DNA of 64,000 nt, taken from the NCBI GenBank assembly GCA_047967505.1, contig CM106538.1; one strand, written 5' to 3'. The DNA is from Dipteris shenzhenensis (taxonomy: Eukaryota). The notes under the pieces are model-generated. The model had not been told where the DNA came from, did no database searches, and saw only the letters and a list, made by a program, of their open reading frames with translations. Both the position numbers and the translations under genes were made by a program. Of this stretch, positions 38,401 to 52,172 are shown in pieces. Within the stretch, counting starts at the first letter, position 1; every line of letters starts with the position of its first letter.

Positions 38401-39027
38401 TATTTGCACATGTAGAGGTTGATGTGATCTTCCATTCGAGCACCAGAAAAACCAAATTTGATATCGTAATGCGAAAGTTATGCCCAAAGCACTGAAGGGC
38501 TATCAAGCTGTCATTTCTAGCACGACTTCCACAAGATGTTCTCTACCCACATAGAATGAATAGAATGGGCTCTAAAATGAATTCTGGATCTTTCTCCTTG
38601 TGAATGTGGCTTCATAATTTGCTCGGATTGCTACTTCAATTTCGTGAATTGTCGAGGAATTTGTCCAAGCTTCCTCCCTTGCTGCACCTTCACTTCTTGA
38701 ACAGGCTGCTCCGAACAGCATCTTATGGCCTTTGCTACAAGTCGCTTTGAGTCAACTCCTTCTTCATTTGCCTCAGATCTACATCACATAGCCTAAAGTA
38801 CGTTAGCTCCACACTCTTTTAGTCCTTAATCAACCATAAGCTCTAATACCAATTGAAGGGGGGAACAAAGGATGCACGAGCTAGAGCAAGAGAGAGAATG
38901 AGCACACAATGTTTGTGGGTGCTTCATCACCCTTATCTTTCCTTATCCTCTATTATATATGAATGGTACATAATATGTGTATAACTATACACGGGGTACA
39001 TGCCAGGCAATTGGCCTTTACCCAACA
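35439..39027 (-). mobile_element. Internally deleted Ty1/copia element with both LTRs (38854-39027; 35439-35608), PBS 38840-38851, PPT ~35609-35622
   Basis: LTRs share GGGGAACAAAGGATGCAC and GGGTGCTTCATCACC; GAG-pre-integrase CEHC, HLRVFGCEAY, RT, SLSTTEAEY RNase H; TSD ACTAC/ATTAC; gag not recognisable. Confidence 0.88.
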
Positions 39028-39630
39028 ATTACCCACACAGAGTTGTGCCCCCTCTATGTCCTAGGTAATCCAACAATAAAATCCATGGAGATGCTTTCCC
39101 ATTTGCCAGATGGAATCTCCAATGGGTGTAAGAGACCTCCTACCTTAAGGCGTTTACTTATTGACCTAGCATTTTTCATTTTTGGCACTTTAATACATAG
39201 TCTTGGATGTCCTTGCCTATTCCAGGCCAAAATATTTGCCTTTTGAGAAGTGCATACATCTTCTAAATTCTCGGGTGTCCAGCAATCAGACTGTCATGAC
39301 ACTTGAAAAGAATTTGGCCCCTAAGGTCATTATTGTTCGGGATGCATATTGTACCTTTATAGAGTAGGTAGCCATCCTCAATTGTATGCTTTTTCCATTT
39401 GATTCCTTCATCACCAACTTGTCTTGTGTTACCATTTCCATGTGACTCCTCAGTGAAATCTCCTCCAATTGTAGGATCCCTATCTTAATTGCTTTCCATA
39501 TTTCAGAAAAGTGAGGATCAAACTCACATTTTCCTTTTAAGGACTCTAGGAAATCATTTTAAAATTGAGTGAAAGTCAATTCATTAACAATTGGCATTCG
39601 ACTTAGGGAGTCTGATACACATTGAACTTC
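39028..39630 (-). mobile_element. Ty3/gypsy integrase 5' part
   Basis: Minus reading EIPSGKWESISMDFIVGLPRT..HNSVWV continues into 35438 across the insertion. Confidence 0.85.
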
Positions 39631-41217
39631 CCCTTCTGAGGGGGCTTCCCTTTTTTGAGCCTAAAACCTCAAGCTTCGAGCTTGCATTGCCAAGATAGCT
39701 TCAAAAAACAGCCACCCAAACTACTCTTTCTTGGAAAAAGGGTGATGTTCTTTGAAGGAAGTACTCAACCATGTGCAATGTGAGTCTTGAAGTCTTGGAG
39801 TCTTACCCTAGTGCAAGAGTCACCCTTTACTATTGTAATTGTACTCTGCAGTAGTGGTTATGATGGCTACTTGCCCTTGGCGCATCCCCTGTGACTGTCA
39901 TGGCGAGCCGTGCACGCAGGTTTGCTTCCCAAAGATGGGATAGCAAGGCTTATAATACCTCTGGTGATAACTTTGGTCACTAGCTATCTCATAAGATATC
40001 CTGCTACGGGTTGTAAGCGTATGATTGCTTTGGGACATTGCTACAAGATAGTGCTGGAGCGATGCGCGATGCTGCCTACGTACTCTATGATCTCTTTGGA
40101 CTTCCTTTCTATTATATGATTGCACGAGCCATGTTTGATCTCCCTTCCCTTGTAGACTCCGTGTACGTAGTGGAGCTTCCATGCCGCGATTTTCCTTTCA
40201 TCTGCATCGGCTTTTTTGACGTTCATTCGTAGGAAGATACGTAGCTTGTAGGGCAGCGTATAGTTACTCTTAGATACTATCTATTAGTCTTTGTTGTTTA
40301 TGATATGTTTAATGGTAATGTTTATGGTAGTTGTAGTCATATTAGCTAGGTCTTCTAAAGCTATAACTAGCGTACGGTTTGAGGGTACTTAGTCTTTTAG
40401 GATAGATGATTTAAAGCTCTAACTAGTGTATGGTTTGGTTGCCATAAGAGTGAATCTATAGTTTTGGCTTCCTTACATGTTAGCTTGTCTCTTATAGTAA
40501 GTGCATAGGCTTTAATCATCGCCTTCTTTCTTTCATGGTAGTTGATTCCCTACGCCCCCCAAAAAAATTCTTTTCCTTCAGGATTGTGCAATTTTAATGC
40601 ACTTATTAGGGCTTTTGGAGATATCTTTGTTACATAGTTAGTTAGCTAGAAATTTATTCACTTATTGATGTGTTGTGTGTGTATATTTGATGTGGAAGTA
40701 TTTACATGTGAACGGGGCAACATCTCGAGTGGACGCTTCTATGGTGATGTGCGTTGTCAAAATCTTGTGTGCATGCTCCCATCCCTCCTCATCATTAGGG
40801 AACGAATCGCCCAGGTGGAGGACGTGCGGTTAGCCAGCAACGCCCCTCTCCCTCTCTGCCTCTCTGCAACGTGGCATCCCCTTGCACCGACCATCCATCC
40901 CTTTTCTTGTCGTCATCCCATACCGCTGCTAGACATATCCTTCTTGGTACCGCCCTACACAAACGTGCTCTCTTCAGCCTTAAATCCTTTCACGCCTCAC
41001 AACCTGGTCTCGCGGTTGGATTTACTCATACTGCCTGTTTATCGGCTCATTGAACAATTTGTACGACCTTTTCCCTGGGCAATTCTTTTGGTGATTACCT
41101 ATTCAGTTGGAAGTAGGCATGCATGCTTTAGGTCTTGTACATCTCCCACTTTTGAAGCCACGCAATTCTTTGTATTGCAGTAACTCCACGTCGGCTCAAC
41201 CACTAACTAAGAACGGT

Positions 41218-41286
41218 ACTTCCTCGCGGACAACAAGACATACCCCAACTGTACTTCCTCGCGGACAACAAGACATACCCCAACTG
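41218..41286. repeat. Two tandem ~35-bp copies
   Basis: TACTTCCTCGCGGACAACAAGACATACCCCAACTG twice. Confidence 0.9.
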
Positions 41287-42464
41287 GCTCGAACAATGAA
41301 GGACGAGAAATGTTGCGGGAAAAACCCTTGCCTGTCGTCGGAAGAGCTTGTCTGTGCTCTCCGACTAACCACCCGGGTTCATTCTGCTGTTGTCTTCATA
41401 GGTTCTCGGAGGAGGAATGGGTTCAGCCTGCGACACATCGTGCGGTTGAAATATCAAATTCTAGGAATGGTAAGAGCCTTCTGAGATGGAATTCAATTCA
41501 TAATAGTGGTACCAAAAGATCTGCGCCGATGCGTGCCCCCCCAAATTTCAATGTGTTGCGTAGGATTCTAAAACCAAGCCTTAAAAACTTGGCGCAACTG
41601 CATCGACAAGGGACTCACCTGCAAGGTTTCCAATGTAATAGCAAGCTTGATTGCAATTAGCTTCTAGCATTTCGAACCCACTCGAAAATTTTGAAGAAAA
41701 ATTGTGGGAGGGGTGTTAAAATTGATGTTGTTCCCTTGTGACGAAAATTAAGGCAAAGCAAGTATTTATTAGCCTTCCACTTGTCTTCCTTGCCTTAGAC
41801 AAGGTACCATATGCATGTTGTGAGAACAAGAGGCAATTAGATGCATTATTTCATTAGACTATCTTTAAGTAGTCATATCTTCCTTGTTTTGAATCCAAAT
41901 TAAGGGTATAATTTGTTGGATCTTATCAAGGAACATTTGAAGAATGTTGTATCATTATTTTTTATGACTTTTAAGATTTGGAAAATTTATCCCATATTTA
42001 TTGATAATTATTTACATCCAAGAATTATTTTGGCATCATGTAGAATTGCTATTTACATCTTAAGGTCTATTATTGGGGCCGTAAAGCTATGAATGGATTA
42101 TTCTAGAGCCTACTGGCCTCTCAATCAACAAACAAGAATAATTGCATCACAAGAGATTCTTTATTGCTTATGGTAAGAGGAGACCATCAATAGGACATGA
42201 TTTCTAGAGATCATGATATTTGCAAAGAGAGGCATATACAACTAAAAGATCAAGACTTTGAAGGATAATAATCTAAAAGTAAAACTATGATAGATAAGAG
42301 TTTAGTTATTTTCAAAGAAAATACAAACCATTAGAGAAAATGAATTCAGAGAGTACTATTGTGATATTTGCGAGAGTTAAAACAAAACAATATGTGAATG
42401 GAAAGTGATATGCAATTTACCATTCACAAGTCTAGTATTCAATCGTATGTCGAGCCCATTGCAA

Positions 42465-42848
42465 AGTGCTCATTACAATTAGAGATGATGGGCTTAATTA
42501 CATGGCATGCTTGGTGAAGAAACATGATTAGATGATCACGTTGTATTCTCTATTGATAATCTATGTTCGAACTGTATTGCTACATTTTAACTAATTTGTA
42601 AAATTTTGGCTTATAAATTGCATTGCATTAATGGCCTTGTTATAATACATATTGCCCCTTCACAGAGTGCTTATTACAATTAGAGATGATGGGCTTAAAT
42701 ACATGGCATGCTTGGTGAAGAAACATGATTAGATGATCATGTTGTATTCTTCGGATTGTAGTGTTACAATTTGACTAGTTTGTACATTTTTTGTTTTATA
42801 ATTGCATGGCATTAAGGGCGTTGTTATAATACATATTGCCCCTTCACC
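42465..42848. repeat. Diverged ~200-bp tandem duplication
   Basis: AGTGCT.ATTACAATTAGAGATGATGGGC at ~42465 and ~42666; both copies end ATTGCCCCTTCAC. Confidence 0.9.
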
Positions 42849-43307
42849 TTGACAAAGAAAAATTGATAATTAACACTAGTTTTGTATTATAATGATTCTA
42901 TAATTGTTGATAGAAATGATTAAATCAACATAGCTTTGTAGATACTAGGTAAAACATGTGGATGAATAAAGTCACATCAAAAGACTACTACCTTCATCCT
43001 CCATCATGTGTATGTGTGTTTATCTTATTTTTCCATCTAGTAATTACTTGATTGTCTTGTGTCCACACACGTGCGCGCACACACGCATGCATGCATGCAT
43101 ACATATTTTAATTCTAGTTTCCCACCTCACACTATACATATATGTATTTGTGGTACGTTGGGCTACTATGATCCAAGTGAAATAAAACTTGGTGGAACTT
43201 TAGAGCATGGTTGGATCAAGCATCCTAGCAATTTTGGTCCTATTTGGAAACCCCTGGATTTCCATATCAACCAATTCAGTCAACAATTCACATCAAATGG
43301 CTAGGTC

Positions 43308-43768
43308 TATTCATCCATAGGGTTTGGACTAATGTGAGACTAATCGGAAAATATGTCTAGTGAAGCAACTAGTAATAGAGAATTGGAATTCAATTGGAAA
43401 ATATGACAGAATTTTGAAATTAGGCTTGGGATTGGTGGAGCCACCAAAGGGAAAGAATGTCATTGACTACAAAGGAGTGTACAAGCCTGTTATTTTCAGC
43501 ACTCAATGCCTTGTTATGGGCCATGCACTTTCCAAACCCTATTCATCCATAGGGTTTGGACTAATGTGAGACTAATGGGAAAATATGTCTAGTGAAGCAA
43601 CTAGTAATAGAGAATTGGAATTCAATTGGAAAATATGACAGAATTTTGAAAATTAGGCTTGGGATTGGTGGAGCCACCAAAGGGAAAGAATGTCATTGAC
43701 TACAAAGGAGTGTACAAGCCTGTTATTTTCAGCACTCAATGCCTTGTTATGGGCCATGCACTTTCCAA
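43308..43768. repeat. Near-identical ~231-bp tandem duplication
   Basis: TATTCATCCATAGGGTTTGGAC at ~43308 and ~43540; both copies end CACTTTCCAA. Confidence 0.95.
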
Positions 43769-44478
43769 TCCATTCAACCTTGCATAATGCATGGAACTCT
43801 AGGCTCCACAGTTTGTGCTCCACCAACACTCATGTAGAGCATGTAGCATCACAACAAAGTAGGTTGGTGCCAGCTTACTTCATCATTTTTTCCACCGGAA
43901 CCTCCATTTATTCAACATTATGCCTTTATATCCTCAGTTTTTCCATCTCCTCATTAGAGCAATCGATAAGGTGAGCACCAAAAAGCGAGTGAGCCAAAAA
44001 AGTGCAAGTGAAATCATCAAAACAATTGCACAAAACTAGCTACAGTGTGTATGTGGTACACAAGTTTACACTATCTATGTAGGCCATTTGATTAAGTTGT
44101 TTGTTTTACTTGGCCCCACTTGACTTACATACCCCACATATCCCTTCGCCCTCATTCACTGCAAGGCGAATCGTCATTGGTTGAATGGAAAAGGAAATCT
44201 ATCAAGAATCTACCCCCCACACCTAGAGCAAAGCGAAGGGCCACCACCAGTAAGTAGAACCACGATTCAATTTTAACATACCTAAAGTATAGCTTGTAAA
44301 GCTTTCTTTTATGTGCACTCTTTTGCATCCTTCAATAATGTAAACTTGTCCAATCTAAAGCCATGATACTTAGGATACTATAATAGGTTTTTTTGGGATC
44401 ATGCAATAGGTTTGTTGGTTTCAAAAGAGAGTAAGAGAAGAGTTGCACAATGAATCAAAATGACCTTCCTCTATTACT

Positions 44479-45397
44479 TAGACAGATGGGGGAGAGACTA
44501 CACGGGCACCCAAACTACATGAGATATCTTTGGGAAGACCTCACTCCAAATGTGGCAAGCTACCCATCAATGTTTGGGAAGACTCGCTCCGAATTAACAA
44601 CCTACCCGTCAATCTATGAGATTTCCCTAAAGATGTCTTTGTGGCAAATTACCCATTTTGTGGCAAGTTACCCATCAATCTTTATCAAGAAACCCAATTA
44701 AACGAACTCACAATGGAGAATATGGAATCTCTTGCCGTGGGGGGATATAAATCGTGATTGGAAATGCAAATTATGTATTGCCATAGCCCTGTAATCAAGT
44801 AATTTGATGGTGAGTGATAGGCTTGCCAAATGTATTAATTACTCATTTCAAAGTAGTTAACTTGCGTGTTGAATACCCTATGGGGCTAAATTAGATGATA
44901 CTAGACAAAAGATGTTGCTTCTATTTCTAGGGAGAGACTACACGGGCACCCAAACTACATGAGATATCTTTGGGAAGACCTCACTCCGAATGTGGCAACC
45001 TACCCATCAATGTTTGGGAAGACTCGCTCCGAATCTAGCAATCTACCCATCAATCTATGAGATTTCCCTGAACATGTCTTTCTCCATGATTGCAGCATGA
45101 CCGACTCTAATTACCCATTTTGTGGCAAGTTATCCATTAATCTTTATCAAGAAATCCAATTAGACGAACTCACAATGGCGAATATGGAATCTCTTGCCGG
45201 GGGGGGGGGTATAAATCATGATTGAAAACGCAAATTGTGTATTGCCATAGCCCTGTAATCAAGTAATTTGATGGTGGCAATATTGCACTAGTGATAGGCT
45301 TGCCAAGTGTATTAATTACTCATTTCAAAGTAGTTAACTTGCGTGTTGAATACTCTATGGGGCTAAATTAGATGATACTAGACAAAAGATGTTGCTT
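44479..45397. repeat. ~440-470-bp tandem duplication
   Basis: GGGAGAGACTACACGGGCACCC..GACAAAAGATGTTGCTT twice, with indels. Confidence 0.92.
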
Positions 45398-48149
45398 AAG
45401 AGGTATCTAGTGCTTTATGAGCTTGTAAAGGCTTAAACAAATTCGGAATAACCTACATGATTATTCCATTTCCATATAAGTTGTTCATTTCGTAATTCTA
45501 CGTACGAGATCTTAAAGGAATTCAATATCATCATGATCTCGCTTTATGTATGTGTATCTTTGGTTGTTATGCATGTCATTGTGGAAAAACATATACAATT
45601 TCTCATTTAGTACATTCAGTATGAAGTTCAAAATTAAAGTTAATGAATAAATACCTACAAGGATATAAATGACCATAGTAAAATTTAGGCTATTACTAAA
45701 CGAAGTATATCAATAGTAAAGTCTAGGACACTAGCAAAAAAACTGAGGATACTTGCATTAAGTAAGCAAGAAGTTATATGGTGCAAGTACATTAGAATGA
45801 AGCAATAGCAAGGATGGATTGTATAGTGTTGTAGTTATTCTTATGATCCTACAATGGAATGATCATAACTTTTACAAACTCATGTAGGTTGTTTTTTAGT
45901 GGGCTAATGTTCATCTTGTACCTACCACTGTCAATATAAAACGTGTCATCTTCTTGTCCATTTGGAGAATTTGTAAGGTTTTTCTAGTGCTACTTCAAAT
46001 TATAGACTAGGGCCTCAAAAGTCATTTTAGATTGCACGTGATCGCATCATTGTAAAAATAAATGTTTGAAACTTTCGCTAGGATTTGAAACTTTTATGCT
46101 AAAAAATTTAAGGTTTCGCTAGGATTGACATTTTTTCCTTCAAAATTTATAAGAAAAAATATGAAAAGGTACTAGATTCAACCAATATATTAAAATTAAA
46201 AAAAACGAGCTTGAAAACTTTCGTTAAGATTTTATATTAATATATGAGCATGGCTTCGATAAAAACATCCCTAGTTTGGTCTAAGCCATGATCTCTTTAT
46301 TTAACTATTGTTGGGGGTTCAGATATGGATTTAAATCACCTATCACATTACACATATACATAAATGAAATTTGTGCTTTTGTATGCTACATTATCATATA
46401 ATATCATCACCTTTTTTGGTCAAGTTAGGGTTTTGTCTAAGCTATTTAACAAATGTTGGAGGTTTAGCTATGGAATACAAATTTTCAACTTTCCCCACTT
46501 GTACAACCTTCAATGTTGATGATTTGTGCATGTAGAAAACCAAAAAACCAAAATTCCATGTCATTAACTCAGTAAGAAGGAAATGATTTAACAATTTAGT
46601 AAGAAACTTATACTCCTATAGAAAACTACAATCTCATGTTTCTAACCCAAAATAAGGAATGCAATAAGGAACAATCCCCTTGGCATCGACATAGATATTG
46701 TTTGAGATAGGAAGCCTAATGAAATCTGAAATAATTAGTTTAGCTCTTTGGACATTTTGTGTACATTCCAAAACTTGAGATTTAGCAAGCACGAGGATCC
46801 TACATGTATGACCTCTTCCTTACCATGTTAAGAACCCTCAAGGAATTCATGTAGTTTTTTGGAAAATACCCAAACAATCATCCATCACATTAGTCATAGC
46901 TAAATATGCCACCCCTCAAAGCTTGTAGTATTTTGTCAAGCATGTCCAGAGGAAAGAAAGAATCCTTAAACAATCAACCTCTTTAATTATGTAGCATACA
47001 AGAGAGATTAATTCACTCCACACATCCACGAAAGGGGAACCTAAGCAAATGCTGATCTATGCATAAAGCTTAAAGCTAAGTATAAAAGATGAAGAAGAAT
47101 TGACCAAAGTGATATGTAGTTACAATTCATATGTACGAAATAATAACAAACAAGATTTGGATGCAAAAATCTTAAATTAATATTATGTTGACATTCCTTT
47201 TCTAGAGAATATGGCACATTTGGTGCAAGTCATGGAAGAGGTTCCAAAGTTGGAAACATAAATTTGGTCACACATTTCACATGAGATTATACACACTCTT
47301 AGTGATATCACTCTTGGAACTACCCAATGAGCTTCGCTCTATGATTTCTCAAGAATTGATTTCAAGCTTTACCTCTTGCATGATGCATTGGGTTCAATTT
47401 TACCTCTTGCATAATTATATCCTAGGATTTAAGATAGGCTAATCTTGAACGCATCTCAATACCCATTGGAAAATTGAGATAGAAGTATGAGATCCAAATG
47501 GAATCCGCCTAGATGTTGCAAAGATGTATTCAATTGATGGAGCAATATGCACTTGGTTATAGCCAATAATCACATGTAGAAACTACCTTCTCTATGCTCA
47601 TCCCTTTGTTGTGCTTTTCTAAGATGTGATGTATCTACACTTCTGAGAATAAAATTAAGCAATAGAGACATATGCGTGGATGGGTAGAGAGTAAGAGTAA
47701 GAAAAGTATATACACATGCACTTGGGACATGGCGGCGTAGTTGACAGAGGGGGGATAAGCCTTCAACGTCAATGAGGTCTCCCCAAGTTATAGGATACAT
47801 AGGCAGAGTATTCGTTGGATAGAGTTGCATGAGGTAACCCCTCTAGCTCGATAGCGTGCTCAACTTTCTCCTGAGGATGGTGTGTGGGAGACAATGGCCA
47901 GCATCATGGCATGGAACATATGGGTTTGCGCGGTGCAACCTAGTGATGGGAGAGCAATGTGTTCCACCAGCGACCACTTTGGTTGCTATCATATATACTT
48001 TGCGCGCCACTAGGGAGCACAGGGGATCAGATACCAGAGTGACCCTTGAAAGGCAGTGTTTCTACAAGGCATGGCTTGCAAGCATTTTGTACATTTTCAT
48101 GCTGCGAGGGATTCGCTGATTATACAGTCCCATTCTCAACCACCCCCCC

Positions 48150-50450
48150 TTGTTGGAAAGGTCACGTTCCCATCTGTGAGCCCCTAGATGAGGAGAGCGT
48201 GGGGGAGGGAGACCTAGGGCAAGATACGCCCAAATAAGAGACAGGGGGGGCCTGCCACATGGGCAACACCTCACACGAGAAGAAGGTTGCAACAGTTAGT
48301 GCAGATGGCGAGGCATCCAAGGGATGGAACATCAGGCCTGCAAGAGGGTAGATCTGGAGCAGTAGGTAAGAGAAGTATCCAAGGCCAGAGGCGCTTGGAA
48401 TGATCAGGTCTATGGGCAGGTTAAAGGCCTGCAAGAGGGCCTGACAGCAGCACCAGTGTGCCAAGTACTGTAACAAGGGAGGGGCTGCAAAAGGGAAGCA
48501 CCTTGCCCTTATATAGGGCCCTGCATGATGGTCGGATGGACAACAAAGTTGGCTAGCACACAACCCAAAAGGGCAGTCCACAGCCACATATGTGGGGAGT
48601 TGTGGGGGCAATTTTAGGCAGAGACTGAGTCGACCATTTTAGGCAGGCCAGTCAGATATTTTGGGGCCCCTAGAGGCCTATAAAAGGACCCCCCTTGGGG
48701 AGCATTCATTCATCACTTGTAGCAACAGTTAAGGAGCAGACAGGAGCAACAGGACACAGAGGAGGAGGCTGGCATAGGGTTGCAGACTGAGCTCAAGGTT
48801 CTACCCACCTAGGTTGGCTTCTGGACAGCAAGATGAAAAGGATTTGGACGGAGAGCCTACATACGCTTGAGGTGGAGCACACGGACTCAGGGTTCTAGAG
48901 GAAACTAGCAGATAGAGAAGGACCTTTCAGTAAGATCAAAGGACCACACCTTGGTGGGACTCTCGATCTACCTTTTGTATCATGTCCATAGCTTTGGACA
49001 GAAATATGTTGATTTGGTGGATTCTATATCTGGCTTTGTCTACTGTCTATTTCCTGATCTGCACATATGTGAAGCACATTAAGTAAATGAGTTTGTGATT
49101 CCACTCACCACACTGTGTGAGCTCCTGGGCTATATCAGAGCCCAAGTAGAAGATGCAAGTGTGGGAGCTTGAAGGCAAGGACTTGCTGAAGGACGACCCT
49201 TTTTCAGAGACTCTAGGGAATCGACTTCCACGACTGAAGGACTGTGCCCTAGGGTGACTCAGGTTTCAGTCAGCTATGTACAGAGTTCTTATCTACAGAT
49301 TGTTGAGTTTGCTTTTCAATTTTGCTGTGTGGTTTAGCAGGAGATGCATATTTCAGAAGCAGAGGCCTCTTCAGCCCCTTCTCTCCCTTCCTCCTCCACT
49401 TGAGTTCTTTCTTTCACCATCCCTAACTTTGGAGAGTCAGGGAAACTGGATGGGACTAACTATCCCATCTGGAAGCTGAAGATCTGGAGTCGTTTAATGG
49501 CTCGAAGACTGTGGAAACTGCCATCGGGAGGGAAGGCAAAGCCAGAGGATATTATGGACAACAAGGGGAGGATACTTATACCAGTAGATGGAGAGGAGCT
49601 CGAAGCATGGGAAAATAGAGATGTCCACCCCTTGGCACTGATCATAGGGACTATGGCGGAGTCTATTCTTCCTCACATCCAGATGACCGACACATCAGTA
49701 GAAGCGTGGATCATTCTGAAGGATCTGTATGAGACAAATAACACATCCCGGAACTTGACTCTTCAACACATCCCAGATCTTGACCATGAAGTTTGAAAAG
49801 CTTCGTTACGACTGTGATAACAGGATAGAGGGCAAAACCTCTGACTTTTGAGGAGTTGGGTCCATTACTACTCTAGGAAGAAGCTAGGGAGAAGCTCTAC
49901 AACAACGACAACAATGACAAGGCATTGCTGGCAAAGGATAAAGCTGGGAAAGGAAAGGGCAAGCCTAACGGTGGCAAGTCCCAAGAAGGATGATTCTGAG
50001 ATGAAGAGGACACTTCCAAGAAGAGGAAGCACAAGCAAAAGTGTTTCTATTGTGATGAGCCACACCATTTTGTGAAGGATTGCAGAAAGAAGAAGACGGA
50101 TCAGAAGAACAAGGAGTCGTCCAACTCAGAGTTAGATGGTGATACAAAAGCCAAAGCTAGTGTAGAACTGTTCTTGGTGACATCCCCATGTGTTGATGAG
50201 GTTAGATATGCCGACCTAGAAGCCACAGGTAAGATGAACATTGAGATGTGGGCCGACGAGGAGTTAGAGACCTTCATGGAGGCGAAGGACATCATGGAGT
50301 GCTTGGAATCTTCCAAGTCCATGGTTGTTGATACTGACACGAGGGCGGATTCCATGGAGTGCCCTAAGGTTTCAGGTACAGGTGGTTGCTGTAATTCAAA
50401 AGGGGGCAGTACACGATTACACAGGCTATTGGTATGTGCCTCGATGAGGT
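48150..50450 (+). mobile_element. LTR-like region, degenerate PBS and copia-type gag pseudogene
   Basis: TATAAAA 48679-85; TATATCAGAGC 49131-41; LDGTNYPIWKLK, EAWIILKDLYE, zinc knuckle CFYCDEPHHFVKDC. Confidence 0.7.
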
Positions 50451-50639
50451 GCATGGTTTGCTTTTAGAGCAAGCACACTCGCAGTACGACGTTCTAGTAT
50501 GATGTTATCAATTTATGCCTTTTTTAGCATGTTGTGGAGAGAATCTACTCTTCATATGTCTCAGGTGGGTGCTTCTTCAAATCTCGGACACAGGTTGCTG
50601 GAAGGTGATTATGGACAAGGTGTACTGAAGGCAGAAGAG

Positions 50640-52083
50640 TACTTGTTTGAGAGCTCATAGAGAGTTCATGGTCCAGATTATCTCGTGGCATCCAGAACAG
50701 AAAAGGCCAAACTTATGCAAGATATGCCATAAGGGATGGTATGCTGAAAAGAAATGGCAAGGTAGTAGTACCTAATCAGAATGATCTCAGGCAGAGAGTC
50801 ATTCGACAATGCCATGATAGCCCATGTGCGGGACATCCAGGAGTCGAGAAGACATATGATCTCGTGAAGCGAGATTTCTTTTGACCAAAGATGAAAAAGC
50901 ATATTCATGAATATGTGACACGAAGTAAGGTAGAGCGGGTGAAGCCACCCAGACTTTTACAGCCCTTGGAGATACCACTAGGTAAGTGGGAGAGCATTTC
51001 CATGGACTTTATTGTAAGGCTGCCTACGACACAAGGTGGATATGATTCTATCCTTGTGGTGGTTGATGGTCTTACCAAGATGACTCACTTCATTCCAACT
51101 AGAGAGTCTATTAGTGCCCCGCAGGTGGCGGATTTGTTTATTAGACATATTTCGTTTGCATGGATTACCCAAATCCATAGTGTCAGACAGAGATGTCAAA
51201 TATACCGGTCATTTTTGGACTGCGGTATTTGAGACACTAAGGACTGAGTTGGGAATGAGTAGTGGGGATCATCAGGAAACGGATGGTCAGACAGAAAGAA
51301 TCAACCAAATTTTAGAGGATATGCTTAGAGCATATTTGTCATTGAGGCAACATACATGGGACAAGTGATTGCCATTGTTAGAGTTTGCCTACAATGATAG
51401 AAAACATTCCTCTACAGGGTTCAGTCCGTTTGAGCTGAACTATGGTTATAGACCAGCGAATCCAACTATAGTTGGAATACCTCATAAAGTGCCTAGTGCC
51501 GCGAACTTTGTGGTTCAGATGCGGGAGATGCTAGCACTTGCGAGAGCTAACATCCCGCCAAGCTATGGATAGAGCTAAGGCGTATGCGGATGAAAACCGA
51601 TCCGCTAGAGAATTTAAGGAAGGAGAAAAAGTTTTTCTCAAAGTTCCTTCGCACTCTAAGTCTTTGACTGCAGGAGAGTGTGCTAAGTTATCACCTCGAT
51701 ACTGTGGGCCATGGTTAATTCTAAAAATAATAGGCAAGGTAGCCTATAAATTAGAATTGCCAAAGGGTTGTAAGGTGCACCCAGTGTTTCATGTTTCTCG
51801 TTTAAAGAAATTTTTGCATACAGGTGACTCACTAATCGAGGGTGTTGTTTTGTTTCAGGAAATAGAGGATAATGCAAGACGCAAACCAACAGGAATCCTG
51901 GACCGAGGAACAATGCAAGTACGCAATCGGAAGATACCCACGGTGTTGGTTGCATCGCATGGTCTACCTCTATCAGAAGCTACCTGGGAATCCGTATACC
52001 AGTTACGGAGAGTGTTCCCAGACTTTATCATCGAGGACGCTGATGCTGAAGAGGGAAGGAATGTTACGCTCAAGTCGAGGTAA
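50640..52083 (+). mobile_element. Ty3/gypsy (chromovirus-like) integrase with chromodomain, PPT and 3' LTR start at 52062
   Basis: GHPGVEKTY, KWESISMDFIV, ETDGQTERINQILEDMLR, HPVFHVSRLK, SEATWE; GAGGGAAGGAA then TGTTAC. Confidence 0.92.
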
Positions 52084-52172
52084 CATGACCTCGGAAGGGT
52101 CAATCGACATTTTCCTTTCCGAGGATGTTACGCTCAAGTCGAGCTAACATGACCTCGAAAGGGTCAGTCGAC
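52062..52172. repeat. Two ~64-bp-spaced copies at the LTR start
   Basis: TGTTACGCTCAAGTCGAG.TAACATGACCTCG twice. Confidence 0.9.
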
